Shown: positions 37,275-46,934 of the stretch, piece by piece | Numbering within the stretch: the first letter of the stretch is position 1 | Layout: every line of letters starts with the position of its first letter | Origin: Candidatus Falkowbacteria bacterium HGW-Falkowbacteria-1 | Lineage (GTDB): Bacteria; Patescibacteriota; Patescibacteriia; Patescibacteriales; UBA12465 | Reading direction: 5' to 3' | Length of the DNA: 64,000 nt | Assembly: GCA_002840305.1 (NCBI GenBank) | Contig: PHAI01000003.1 | Span: forward strand, 70,908-134,907 | The notes under the pieces: model-generated | What the model was told of the DNA's origin: nothing | The model's input: only the letters and a program-made list of their open reading frames with translations | Database searches by the model: none | Made by a program: the position numbers and the translations under genes

Positions 37275-37955
37275 TTATATTATATATTTTCCATGAGCTC
37301 TGTCACTCACAATTTTTCCGGCATCAACTGTTACAACCCTACGATTTAAACCATTAACAACGTCACGATTGTGAGTAACTAAAATAATGGTGGTGCCAAA
37401 ATTATTTATTTTTAAAAGTAAATCAATAATTTCATTCGCGTTTATAGCATCCAAGTTCCCTGTTGGCTCATCAGCTAATAAAATTTTTGGCTGATGAACT
37501 AGAGCCCTGGCTATGGCAGCTCTCTGTTGTTCACCACCAGAAACCTCGTGCGGATAACGATTTTCTTTACCCGCCAGGCCAACTATCTTCATAACACTAG
37601 GAACTATGCGCTTTATTTTGCTAGGGCTTTTGCCGCAAACCTCCAAAGCGAAGGATATATTTTCACCTAATGTTTTTTTATCTAAAAGTTTAAAATCTTG
37701 AAAAATAACACCAATTTGGCGCCTTAAATAAGGAACCTCTGCTTTACCGATATTAGTAATATCCCAATCGCCAACCCAAACCTTTCCGGAACTAACCTTT
37801 TCTTCTCCCGTTAAAATTTTAACCAAAGTAGTTTTACCGGTACCCGACTGGCCAACAACAGAAACAAATTCTCCGGCCTTAACAGAAAGATTAACATCAT
37901 CCAAAACCTTTACTTTGTTCTTATAAATTTTATTTACACCTATCAATTTAATCAT
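37275..37955 (-). CDS. ftsE: Cell division ATP-binding protein FtsE
   Basis: 226 aa. Walker A GQSGTGKTT, signature VSGGEQQR, Walker B ILLADEPTGNLD. Confidence 0.92.
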   Translation of the reverse strand: MIKLIGVNKIYKNKVKVLDDVNLSVKAGEFVSVVGQSGTGKTTLVKILTGEEKVSSGKVWVGDWDITNIGKAEVPYLRRQIGVIFQDFKLLDKKTLGENISFALEVCGKSPSKIKRIVPSVMKIVGLAGKENRYPHEVSGGEQQRAAIARALVHQPKILLADEPTGNLDAINANEIIDLLLKINNFGTTIILVTHNRDVVNGLNRRVVTVDAGKIVSDRAHGKYII

Positions 37956-37958
37956 AAA

Positions 37959-39620
37959 CTATTTTTTATTCAAAGAAGCGGCAAAATCAAAAAGTTCTGT
38001 CATTTCCTTAAAACTTTGTTCACGAGTAGAAGCATTTAAAATAACAGCAATAAAATTTTCTCCATTTATTTCCGCCCTACTTACCAAACAATATCCAGAA
38101 GAATCATCTATATAACCAGTTTTTGAGCCGATGATTTTAAAATTTTTATAATTATTATTCAAAACTAAATCACTACTATTATAGCGTAATTTTAAACTAT
38201 TGTCATTCCTAGTAAAAAATTTATAGCTTTTTGTTACGCTCGCATTACTAATAATACTGTTTTCGAAAGCTTTTTTAGAAATAAGAGCAAACTCTCTAGC
38301 GGTGCTGACATTTTTTGCATTTAAACCAGTTGGTTCATAAAAATGAGATGATAACAATCCAAGATCAGAAGCCGTATCGTTCATCTTTTTTATAAAATTT
38401 TCACGACTTAGGCCACTCACTCTAACCATTGTTTCTACTACATTATTAGCCGATCTAACCAAGGCGGAATAAACAACATCCTTAACAGACAATTCGTCTC
38501 CATGGTTTAAATTAATTCTGGCTACTTGCCACTTATCAAAATACTCTTGGTTATAATTTTCATCTTGTACACTATATCTTACTATTTCTTCCATCCTGTC
38601 TTTATTTTTATCATCAAGAAAAAAGGTTAAAGTTGACAATAATTTAGTCAAACTGGCCACTGGATTTTCTTGATCGGCATTCTTCTCATAAACAGTTTTC
38701 CAGTCTTTTTCACTAATTAAAATAGCTGAGACAGAATTTATTTCCGGCTGATTATTAACTCCTTTTCCGATTCCCAAAACTCTACCAAAATTATCGCCGG
38801 GAACAAACAAGGGTTCCACAAAAACATCAATAACTCCCTCACCTTTTCCAGCTATTTTTTTAAAAGCTTCATAATCCAAATCTAATATTCTATCAGGAAA
38901 GACGGCTCTTTCTGGGCCAAAGTCGTTAACCACCACATCAACAAACTTGTTATTTACTTTGTTATAAACTCTCAATACTGAGCCTTTCGGATAAATAGTA
39001 GAAGCAGTGAAATCACCCCCCTTATATTTATACCAACTAGCCTTGCCAGAAATTTCAATGTCAGGATAAGAAAAAACCGCTAGGCGCGCAAAAGGTAAAT
39101 GAATCAAAGACCTAACAAATTTTTCCTCCGGATAATCTTTGGTCGGAAGCGGCCTCCAAAGATTATAATTTTTATCATAAAAAAATACTTGTTTATAATC
39201 AAAATCTTCTTGATCGTAAGAGAATTGAATATAGAATGGCTCTTGATTATTGTAAGAGTTTTTATTCACAAACTCAAACTGAACAGTGGAACTGATTTTT
39301 TTTAAATTCCAAGGAAGAGCCATTTCATCTTCTCCTATTTCTTCTATCGAAACATCAGTATTATCAGACAATATGCCCGGCACCAAGGATAATTTAAAAT
39401 AATTATCAAAGGCAGAGACAGTATATCCTTTCATTATTGTTCCTTTATCTAAATATATCCCAAACTTTTTATTAACAACATTGTCCCTTTTTTCCGGAAG
39501 CACTTCACCTTGATTAACATAAACCGTTAAGTCCTCGTTGAGCTCAAAAGCCAAAACATTGTTGATAAAAACAAAAAAAAGACTTAAGGTCAAAATAAAT
39601 AATATCTTTTTATTAAACAT
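37959..39620 (-). CDS. Fusion of an RlpA-like DPBB domain with a D-alanyl-D-alanine carboxypeptidase (peptidase S11)
   Basis: 553 aa with a signal peptide. DPBB segment ASWYKYKGGDFTAS.......LRV.N..NNKFVDVVVNDFGP. PBP motifs ASLTK (SxxK), SANN (SxN) and KTGY (KTG). Confidence 0.75.
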   Translation of the reverse strand: MFNKKILFILTLSLFFVFINNVLAFELNEDLTVYVNQGEVLPEKRDNVVNKKFGIYLDKGTIMKGYTVSAFDNYFKLSLVPGILSDNTDVSIEEIGEDEMALPWNLKKISSTVQFEFVNKNSYNNQEPFYIQFSYDQEDFDYKQVFFYDKNYNLWRPLPTKDYPEEKFVRSLIHLPFARLAVFSYPDIEISGKASWYKYKGGDFTASTIYPKGSVLRVYNKVNNKFVDVVVNDFGPERAVFPDRILDLDYEAFKKIAGKGEGVIDVFVEPLFVPGDNFGRVLGIGKGVNNQPEINSVSAILISEKDWKTVYEKNADQENPVASLTKLLSTLTFFLDDKNKDRMEEIVRYSVQDENYNQEYFDKWQVARINLNHGDELSVKDVVYSALVRSANNVVETMVRVSGLSRENFIKKMNDTASDLGLLSSHFYEPTGLNAKNVSTAREFALISKKAFENSIISNASVTKSYKFFTRNDNSLKLRYNSSDLVLNNNYKNFKIIGSKTGYIDDSSGYCLVSRAEINGENFIAVILNASTREQSFKEMTELFDFAASLNKK

Positions 39621-39641
39621 AATTTAAAAAATTAATTAATG

Positions 39642-39714
39642 AGCCCCTTGCCAGATTCGAACTGGCGTCTACGGTTTACGATACCATTGCTTTAACCAAC
39701 TAAGCTAAAGAGGC
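39642..39714 (-). tRNA. tRNA-Thr (anticodon CGU)
   Basis: Manual cloverleaf. Acceptor GCCTCTT/AAGGGGC. D arm GCTT-AGTTGGTTA-AAGC. Anticodon loop ATCGTAA. T arm GCCAG-TTCGAAT-CTGGC. No encoded CCA. Confidence 0.85.
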
Positions 39715-39719
39715 TAAAA

Positions 39720-40166
39720 TTATTTAAAAAAATACTTAAACCATTTAACAAAACACGACACCTCTTCTTGCTCTAAAACTTCTCTTTGTGTTGACGCTTC
39801 TTCTTCGCCATCAACCGATCTCTTTATAACTACAACAGTTTCCCCCTCTTTTTGCAAGCCAAAATTAACTCTGGCCCTTTCTTCCGCCGCTTGTTCTGAA
39901 TCCAAATAAGAAACAAGTGTTTTTAATTCTTCGCCTCTTTGTTCATATTTTAAAATGTCGGCCTGGGCATTTAATATCTCTTCTTCTAATGCTTTTTGTT
40001 TTTTATACTTACCAAAATAAGGAATTAAAACTAAAACCAAAATTAACAAAAGGAAAAAGCTTAAAAAAAATTTTTTGACAATCTTAACTTTGGCGTCTGG
40101 ACTAACCTTGCCTTTTTGAACATAATTTAATCTTTCGGTTGGACTGAGATTATATTTTTTTGACAT
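39720..40166 (-). CDS. Septum formation initiator-like protein (FtsB/DivIC family)
   Basis: 148 aa. Single TM, a coiled coil, then ERARVNFGLQKEGETVVVI, which is typical of DivIC/FtsB. Confidence 0.65.
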   Translation of the reverse strand: MSKKYNLSPTERLNYVQKGKVSPDAKVKIVKKFFLSFFLLLILVLVLIPYFGKYKKQKALEEEILNAQADILKYEQRGEELKTLVSYLDSEQAAEERARVNFGLQKEGETVVVIKRSVDGEEEASTQREVLEQEEVSCFVKWFKYFFK

Positions 40167-40178
40167 ATATTATTTATA

Positions 40179-41747
40179 CTACCTATTTTTTGGAGTAACC
40201 CAAAAACCCATGTAACGCCCAAACATTAATCTAACTTGGGCATCAAGGCATGGTATTGCCCCAAATATGATAACAGAAATTGGAACAAAAATCCATTCTA
40301 CTATCAATTTAATATTATTAAAAAATCCATAATTCTTTGGCCTTTTTGGTAATAGAATAGATGAAAGAACAGAGGTCAAAATTAGGCCAATCATGGCTAT
40401 CGTCATTAATTGCTGAGTTATAATTGGTAAGTTTAAAAAAACAACACTCTTATTAAATTCGCTTCCACCAAAAAGGATGGGAAGCCAACCGATTCCTCCT
40501 ATAATCAATGCACTGGTTGCCCAAGAATGAAAACCATAAATTTGTATCCAGACATGTCTCAAGGTGCTTGATTTTTTAAGATCCGGCCACTTTTTAAAAA
40601 CATTAAAGATTAGATAAGGAACATTTTCGCTACCCCAGGCCCATCTTCTTTGTTGTTTATATAAACTTTTCGCTGTCTGCCAAAAATTTTTATCGCAAGT
40701 AGCATCCATTGAAACGGGGAAGTAAAGAGGCTCAACTCTATAATCTCCGTTGTAATATAAAAAACAATGCCAAAAAACTCTTGAGTCTTCGCTGACCATA
40801 TTAGTGGCCCAAAAACCAATATCAACCAAGGCTCTAAATGTCATGGAATGAGAAGAATAAGTTGCTAATTTTTCTGGCCTAATTTGTTGCATCATTTGCC
40901 AAAAGGTATTAGAAGCTGAGGCAACTCTAGCAAAAAACGGCGTTTGCCAAACATTGTTATGATAAACTGGTACTGGTTGATAACTAGCTTGATAAGGATT
41001 TTCTACTGTTAAAAATTTATAAGACAAACAATGAAAATATCCAGGCAAGGCGACCGTATCAATATCAAAGACACTAACTAATATTTTATCGTAATCCAAT
41101 CCTTCTTTATCAATAATTTCTTTCTTTACTAATTTGCCAGCAAAAGCCTGATTTGCCCCCTTTCCTTTAAGCTCCCCCTCTATCCCGTCGGGATGAATTG
41201 TTACTAAAAGGTTTTTGAAATAAGCAGAAAACTCTTTTTCAATAATCGCAGCTCTTTCTCTCGCTTCCTGCCCAGCCCTTTCTTCTATTGCTAATACAAC
41301 TATCATCTTTTGGGTCGGATAATTATTTTTTACTAAACCTAAAAAACAAGTTCTAATAATTTCTAGATTTTCATTGAAAGTTGGCAAAATAATTAAGTGA
41401 ATTATTTCTCTCCAGACCAATCCTTTTTTAGCCAAACATTTTTCAGACAAGCATTCTGGTTTATTTTCCAGGCTATGACATTTTTCCGCCCAATCAATAC
41501 TCCTATTTATTTTTAACTTTTGGTAAGAAGTAATCAAATATATCCCCAAAAAAACAACCAGCAACAACCAATAAACATTAAAGGCAATCAAAAAATAAGC
41601 CACCCAAACTGGCTTAATAAAAGACAAAATTATTAAAACAAGTAGGCTTCCTATAGACAAGATGCCTGGCAGCATTTCCAAAAATCTATAAATTCTTCTA
41701 TCACGACCAAAAAGTTCTGTGGCCTTAGCTACTTTTAAATAGTCCAT
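40179..41747 (-). CDS. Multi-pass membrane family-2 glycosyltransferase (processive synthase-like)
   Basis: 522 aa. N-terminal TMs, a cytoplasmic GT-A region (ILPTFNE, VFDID, QQRRWAWG, the last resembling the QxxRW motif) and C-terminal TMs. Confidence 0.7.
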   Translation of the reverse strand: MDYLKVAKATELFGRDRRIYRFLEMLPGILSIGSLLVLIILSFIKPVWVAYFLIAFNVYWLLLVVFLGIYLITSYQKLKINRSIDWAEKCHSLENKPECLSEKCLAKKGLVWREIIHLIILPTFNENLEIIRTCFLGLVKNNYPTQKMIVVLAIEERAGQEARERAAIIEKEFSAYFKNLLVTIHPDGIEGELKGKGANQAFAGKLVKKEIIDKEGLDYDKILVSVFDIDTVALPGYFHCLSYKFLTVENPYQASYQPVPVYHNNVWQTPFFARVASASNTFWQMMQQIRPEKLATYSSHSMTFRALVDIGFWATNMVSEDSRVFWHCFLYYNGDYRVEPLYFPVSMDATCDKNFWQTAKSLYKQQRRWAWGSENVPYLIFNVFKKWPDLKKSSTLRHVWIQIYGFHSWATSALIIGGIGWLPILFGGSEFNKSVVFLNLPIITQQLMTIAMIGLILTSVLSSILLPKRPKNYGFFNNIKLIVEWIFVPISVIIFGAIPCLDAQVRLMFGRYMGFWVTPKNR

Positions 41748-41755
41748 AAATTAAA

Positions 41756-43636
41756 TTATTTATCAAAAACTACATTTTCACCTTCTTCTATCGCTATTTC
41801 CTCCTTATTCTTGTTGTCAGAAACATTCTGAAAACTAGCAGAATCTTCTTTTTGTTTTATTTCCTTGCCCTTAAAATTTACCGGATTTAGAGACTTTAAA
41901 GCACCAAGACCAATTTCTTCAACTTCCGTTTTTTTTATTATTGGTTCTGATTTTCGTATTATTTCTTTGAGACTCTCCGTTTTATTCTCGGTTTTGCTAT
42001 TATCTTCAAACGCCGGTTTTTTTGTATTTTGTATTTCTTTTTGATTGTTCACAATGCTCTTACCCTCCTTCTTTTTTTTAAAACATTCATTACAATAAAC
42101 CGGCCTGATACCATCTGGCTTAAATTTCGTCTGTACATCACTAGCACAGGCCCAACAATAAGTAGAGTAAAGCTCTTCGTCATTACCTTTTTTACTAATA
42201 AAATTTTCTCTCTGCTGAGGCTTAAAGTTTGTATTTTTAAATTCCGAATTATTTGGTTTATTTTGACTAAAATTTTGAACATTTAATTTTGTTTCTTGAT
42301 TCTTATAAAGACCAGTACTATTTACCGTTGGTTTTTCTATCTTTTTTTCTCCATCATCATCCAAATGCCATCTCATGATTTTTTCCTCTACTATCTCTCT
42401 CTTTGTCGCATATTTTTGACGAGAGTACTCTATGACCTTCTCAACATTATCTGTCTTTTCCTCCTCTAAAAGTGGGGGGAGCCCTTTGGCAGAAAAAGGA
42501 TCAGAGGAAACACCGTCGATCATTAACTTCAAATACATTTCATACTTTGGTAAATTAACAATATCTTCTTCGGTGAAAACTGGTGTGAATTCTTTAACTA
42601 ATTCTTCGGCGTCAGCCGCTCCAACCCTAAAGACTACAATCGTTCCAACATTACCAAAAACAGCTGGCTTAACTTTTTCATCCAACTGCTCTATATATTG
42701 ATGGGCCATTATTAAATTAAGTCTATACTTTCTGGCTTCTGACAAAATATTAGCAAAACTTTCAGTAGAAAAATTTTGGAACTCATCAATATATAAATAA
42801 AAGTCGTTTCTATCTTTTTCATCAATATCTACCCTGCTCATAGCTGCTAATTGAATTTTAGTGATCATCATAGCTCCCAACAATGCTGAATTATCTTCTC
42901 CGATCCTTCCTTTGCTCATATTCATAATCAAAATCTTGCCTTCATCCATAATTTTTCTCATATCTACAGATGATTTAACCTGACCAACGATATTTCTCAT
43001 AAAGGAACTAGATAAAAACTGCCCAACTTTATTTTGAATAGGAGACACCGCCTCGGAAGCAAACTTATCAGCATAACCAGCAAATTCTTTTTCCCAAAAA
43101 GATTTTACTACCGGATCCTTAATGTTGGTAACAACTCTTTTTCTATAGTCTTTATCGGAAAGCATTCTAACTACGCCCAAAAGAGTTGAGCCTGGAAAAT
43201 CTAAAATAGCTAAAATAGCATTGCGCAAAATATACTCCAATCGAGGCCCCCAAGAATCAGCCCATAGTTTTTTAAACACTCCAATCAAGCCAGATGCTAC
43301 TAGGTGTCTTAAGTGTGGCTCAACTTGTTCAACCAAATTGAAAGCAATAGGATAATTCATGTCAGCTGGATTAAAATAGACAACATCGTTAACTCTTTCC
43401 TTTGGAATGTATTTAATAATTTTTTCCGCCAAATCACCATGAGGGTCTATAACTGCCACGCCCTTGCCAGCCCTAATATCGTCAACTATCATATTTTCTA
43501 AAACCGTTGACTTCCCCATACCGGTTTTTCCAATCAAATACATATGTCGACGACGATCGTCAACCTTAATACCAAATTTTTTCATTTGATTTCTGAAATT
43601 CGTCTGAGCAAAATAAACAACCTCATTGTTTGTCAT
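41756..43636 (-). CDS. Soluble TraD/VirD4/HerA-like P-loop ATPase with a C-terminal zinc ribbon
   Basis: 626 aa. Walker A GKTGMGKST and Walker B FYLYIDEFQ. Low-complexity K/N/E linker. C-terminal CWAC...(17)...CNEC. Confidence 0.65.
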   Translation of the reverse strand: MTNNEVVYFAQTNFRNQMKKFGIKVDDRRRHMYLIGKTGMGKSTVLENMIVDDIRAGKGVAVIDPHGDLAEKIIKYIPKERVNDVVYFNPADMNYPIAFNLVEQVEPHLRHLVASGLIGVFKKLWADSWGPRLEYILRNAILAILDFPGSTLLGVVRMLSDKDYRKRVVTNIKDPVVKSFWEKEFAGYADKFASEAVSPIQNKVGQFLSSSFMRNIVGQVKSSVDMRKIMDEGKILIMNMSKGRIGEDNSALLGAMMITKIQLAAMSRVDIDEKDRNDFYLYIDEFQNFSTESFANILSEARKYRLNLIMAHQYIEQLDEKVKPAVFGNVGTIVVFRVGAADAEELVKEFTPVFTEEDIVNLPKYEMYLKLMIDGVSSDPFSAKGLPPLLEEEKTDNVEKVIEYSRQKYATKREIVEEKIMRWHLDDDGEKKIEKPTVNSTGLYKNQETKLNVQNFSQNKPNNSEFKNTNFKPQQRENFISKKGNDEELYSTYCWACASDVQTKFKPDGIRPVYCNECFKKKKEGKSIVNNQKEIQNTKKPAFEDNSKTENKTESLKEIIRKSEPIIKKTEVEEIGLGALKSLNPVNFKGKEIKQKEDSASFQNVSDNKNKEEIAIEEGENVVFDK

Positions 43637-43652
43637 ATCTAAAAGTTTAAAA

Positions 43653-43994
43653 CTATCTTAAAAATTCCTGCAAGGCTTCTCCAGTATTTTCTATTCCGCT
43701 AGGAACACCGAACAGGTTCATAATAAATCCAAAAACATTCTTTAAAAACGGAGGAAAATATATAAAGGCTAGAAAAATCGGAACTAAAAATAAAAACAAT
43801 TTTACCCAAATCATTATTTTTTTCCAATAAATATATTTTTTTATATATTTACTTAAAATCAAAATTTCCTCACTCACCTCTAAATTTTTCTTAACTAAGG
43901 CCTCAAGAGTATCTTTTTCTGCCGAAGTTTCAACGTCACCATTTGGAGTGTTGTTCTTTAAATTATCCATATTTTTACAAACAAAAACAATCAA
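43653..43994 (-). CDS. Small membrane protein, hypothetical
   Basis: 113 aa. TM IMIWVKLFLFLVPIFLAFIYF. An alternative start MDNLKN lies at 43970. Confidence 0.45.
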   Translation of the reverse strand: MIVFVCKNMDNLKNNTPNGDVETSAEKDTLEALVKKNLEVSEEILILSKYIKKYIYWKKIMIWVKLFLFLVPIFLAFIYFPPFLKNVFGFIMNLFGVPSGIENTGEALQEFLR

Positions 43995-44050
43995 TAAATA
44001 GCGAAGTGCTACAAAAAAATTATACCAAATTAAAGCCTATAAATCAATAA

Positions 44051-45250
44051 TCACTTATTTTTTTCGTAATTAAACTGCCAAACATCAACAAACGGTGAAA
44101 CCAAAGAATTAATGTTAGATATAATAACTGATTCATCATTACCATAAAAACCATTGCCACTCCAATTGTTAGTGCCAAAAACAACAACTTGATCATCAAT
44201 TATTAATAAATGATGATGCAAAAAAGAGTTTAAATTGTTTACATTAAAATTATTTTTAATCTCTTCATTGCGATTGGTATCCGTAACGATCTCCAAATCA
44301 TTTAAATTATGTTTAATTTTCTCAGATAAAAGAAAATTAAAAGCAGATTCTGGCGAGTTATAATTAAAATCATCAGCAATAATTCTGACTTGTTTTTTTT
44401 GAGCAGCGGCCGCGATTTCAATTGCTAAGTCATTACTCGTGAAATTCCACATCATTAGCTTAATGTTGCTGTTCGACTCTCTAATTAGGTCAATCATACG
44501 CTCCTTGAGCCCTCTTTTTACCGGCTGGGGCCCAAACCAAATTTCCAAAAAACCTTCTGGATATTCAATTAGAGCCGCAAATGGATTAGAATTTAAGACT
44601 AATTTTTTTAAACTATGGTGACCATTCGCTATCTTTTTAAACTCCTCCCCAAAAATCATTATAATTTCTGGCCGAGTGGTCTCCAATAAAAAACATGGGT
44701 CATATTTTTCTTGAATGTAAGTAAAATTATATGACCCAAAAAATAATTTAGCCCCAGAATATCCTTGATCAATAAGTAGGAACTTATGATGCATCGAACC
44801 ATCATCCGATGGAATGTCTAAGCGTTTGATATTGGTGGGCAAGTCTTTAAAAATTTGATCATGTTCGATTTGTCTTTTGTCACTAAAAACCAGATTAACG
44901 ACCACACCTCTTTCTGTAGCCCTGTAAAGAGCGTCTCTAATATTGGTATTATTCATAGAATATACGGCCAATTCAATAGTATTTTGAGCCTCATCTATAG
45001 CTGAAATAATAATATCAGAAAAAATAGTTGTTCCCATTTCATTATTAAAATAAAGTTGACCGGAAAAATTGTCTTCAATTTTTATGTACCTGTTTGGCTC
45101 CGGACTATAAGCGCTATCACTATAAAACATAAAACTAAAAACATTTACAGACAATGAGACGACTAAAGCTAACAATATTACCAATGTCAAAAAAACCAAT
45201 ATATATATTTTATTATTAGACTTCGCTTGAAAAATTCTCATCCATTTCAT
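44051..45250 (-). CDS. Membrane-anchored phospholipase D-family protein with two HKD-type domains
   Basis: 399 aa. N-terminal anchor IYILVFLTLVILLALVVSLSV. First motif HHKFLLID....GSYNFT (HxKx4D...GSxN). Second motif is degenerate, HHHLLIID....GTNNWS (K replaced by H). Its start overlaps the upstream gene by 35 nt. Confidence 0.75.
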   Translation of the reverse strand: MKWMRIFQAKSNNKIYILVFLTLVILLALVVSLSVNVFSFMFYSDSAYSPEPNRYIKIEDNFSGQLYFNNEMGTTIFSDIIISAIDEAQNTIELAVYSMNNTNIRDALYRATERGVVVNLVFSDKRQIEHDQIFKDLPTNIKRLDIPSDDGSMHHKFLLIDQGYSGAKLFFGSYNFTYIQEKYDPCFLLETTRPEIIMIFGEEFKKIANGHHSLKKLVLNSNPFAALIEYPEGFLEIWFGPQPVKRGLKERMIDLIRESNSNIKLMMWNFTSNDLAIEIAAAAQKKQVRIIADDFNYNSPESAFNFLLSEKIKHNLNDLEIVTDTNRNEEIKNNFNVNNLNSFLHHHLLIIDDQVVVFGTNNWSGNGFYGNDESVIISNINSLVSPFVDVWQFNYEKNK

Positions 45251-46934
45251 ATTTTTTTTGATAATTTAAATAATCATTATTATCTCTAGAGAAAATTATA
45301 ATCGTGGACCGAGGTAATTTATCATCTAAAATCTTCAAAATTTCTATAATTTCCTCGTATTTTAAATCTATCCAAGCGTTATCAATTATAATAAAACATG
45401 GTTCATTGACTAAACAATGCAAAGCGTAAAGAGAAAAGGCTGACAATTTACTAGACAGGGCCATTTTGGCGCTAGAGTTAAAATTATTATTATGACTAAC
45501 CAAGTTGGCAATTTTTTTGTTAATTTCCAGAATTTTCAAGGCTCTCTCGATTTGAGAAAAGTCAGTTGTTTCCTTGTCTTTACCCAATATAAATTCCATT
45601 AAGCTTTTTTCTGAAAAAAAATTAAAATCAAAATAACAAATTCCTTGTCCAAATTTTTGCCAAAAAGAATAATCTATACGATGATTATCTATTTTAACTT
45701 TTACAGCCTTGGGCGTGTAAGCTCCCAATCCAGCCAACAATTCAGCCAAAGCTGTTTTCCCGATCGCCCGACTACTGTAGAATAAATAACGACCACCTCT
45801 GGCAAGAGATATTTTAAAATGACTATAATAAACCCCTTCTTTAAAAAGTTTAAATTTACGACTAGTAAAGTTAACAGTTTGACCAAAAACCAAAGTTTTA
45901 TCTCGTCGCACAACTGAGCCATTTTTCAAAATTGTTAAAAACATCCCGAGGCGAGCGGGATATAAATAAAGTCCAACCCGCAAGCTTTCGTTTATGGCCC
46001 GCGAAAAATAAATTAACAAGAATATAAGCAAAAATCTTGTTTCTGGCGTAATTAATTTCAACCAAGAAAAGAAGCCTGTCGAAAAAAAATTTATAAAAAC
46101 TGACAATAAAAGTAAAACAGCAAATATCACTTTAGCGCCCATTTTCATCCATAAATCACGTCTTACTCGAAAAAATGAATCAAAATCTACAAGACGATCG
46201 AACTGATTTAAAACAGATTTTTCCTGATTAAAGCTTTTTAAAAAATGTTTTTCAGTTGTGTTAATGTCTATTTGTTTAATTATCTGAGAATAAAAAGTTA
46301 CCTCCTGAGAGATATACCTCCTGGACACGAAATAGGCCGATAACATTATAATAGCCGATAATATTAAATTAGCCGATAAAACCAGCGCCCAATTTAAGCC
46401 ACTCCAATAAGAAATAAAAACTGCTATCGTTACATAGATTATCCATCTCAAAGAGCCAAAAAAAGAGTTAGACACGCCCATGGAAGTCAGCGGCAATTGA
46501 TAGGATATTTTCGCAATTAAATCAGTCTTTTTTTTCAAATTCATTTTTACTAAAGCTTGGTCAAGATAAGCTTTAAACAATCTACGACGAATACCATTAC
46601 TTAGCCAAACGCCTAAAGTTTTTTCTTGACGAATAGAAAAATAAGAATTGATAAAAAACAAAATCAAAAAAATTATTAAAAACTGCCAAAAAAATGGAGC
46701 TAACCACAATTTTTGTTGATTTGATATTTGATAACGACTGAAGACTATTAACAATGTTTCAATAACACCTTGGACAAATAATAGCACTATCAAAATTAGA
46801 ATAAACCAAAGATGTTGTTTAAAAAAATTTAAAAGATATTTGTAGTGCCAATCACTCAATTTTAATTGTTGATATTTACTACGAATAAATTTTACTTTTC
46901 TAATTAATCCGAATTGTCTCTTAATCTCGTTCAT
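45216..46934 (-). CDS. ABC-exporter-like protein (6-TM domain plus a degenerate nucleotide-binding domain)
   Basis: 572 aa. TM domain spans roughly residues 40-310. NBD has Walker A SSRAIGKT (Lys kept), signature LSSKL instead of LSGGQ, Walker B CFIIID followed by N instead of the catalytic E, SRD in place of the H-loop, and no Q-loop Gln. Its start overlaps the RT stop by 14 nt. Confidence 0.7.
   Translation of the reverse strand: MNEIKRQFGLIRKVKFIRSKYQQLKLSDWHYKYLLNFFKQHLWFILILIVLLFVQGVIETLLIVFSRYQISNQQKLWLAPFFWQFLIIFLILFFINSYFSIRQEKTLGVWLSNGIRRRLFKAYLDQALVKMNLKKKTDLIAKISYQLPLTSMGVSNSFFGSLRWIIYVTIAVFISYWSGLNWALVLSANLILSAIIMLSAYFVSRRYISQEVTFYSQIIKQIDINTTEKHFLKSFNQEKSVLNQFDRLVDFDSFFRVRRDLWMKMGAKVIFAVLLLLSVFINFFSTGFFSWLKLITPETRFLLIFLLIYFSRAINESLRVGLYLYPARLGMFLTILKNGSVVRRDKTLVFGQTVNFTSRKFKLFKEGVYYSHFKISLARGGRYLFYSSRAIGKTALAELLAGLGAYTPKAVKVKIDNHRIDYSFWQKFGQGICYFDFNFFSEKSLMEFILGKDKETTDFSQIERALKILEINKKIANLVSHNNNFNSSAKMALSSKLSAFSLYALHCLVNEPCFIIIDNAWIDLKYEEIIEILKILDDKLPRSTIIIFSRDNNDYLNYQKKYEMDENFSSEV

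Noticed and set aside
36756-37349. 197-aa plus-strand ORF
   Set aside because: It is antisense to ftsX and the ftsE 3' end, which have clear family motifs. Long antisense ORFs are expected in AT-rich coding DNA.
40610-46000. Small same-strand ORFs nested out of frame in larger genes (40610..40825, 42049..42282, 45701..45922)
   Set aside because: Each lies entirely within a longer ORF that has recognisable domain motifs (GT2, ATPase, ABC-like). None has independent support.
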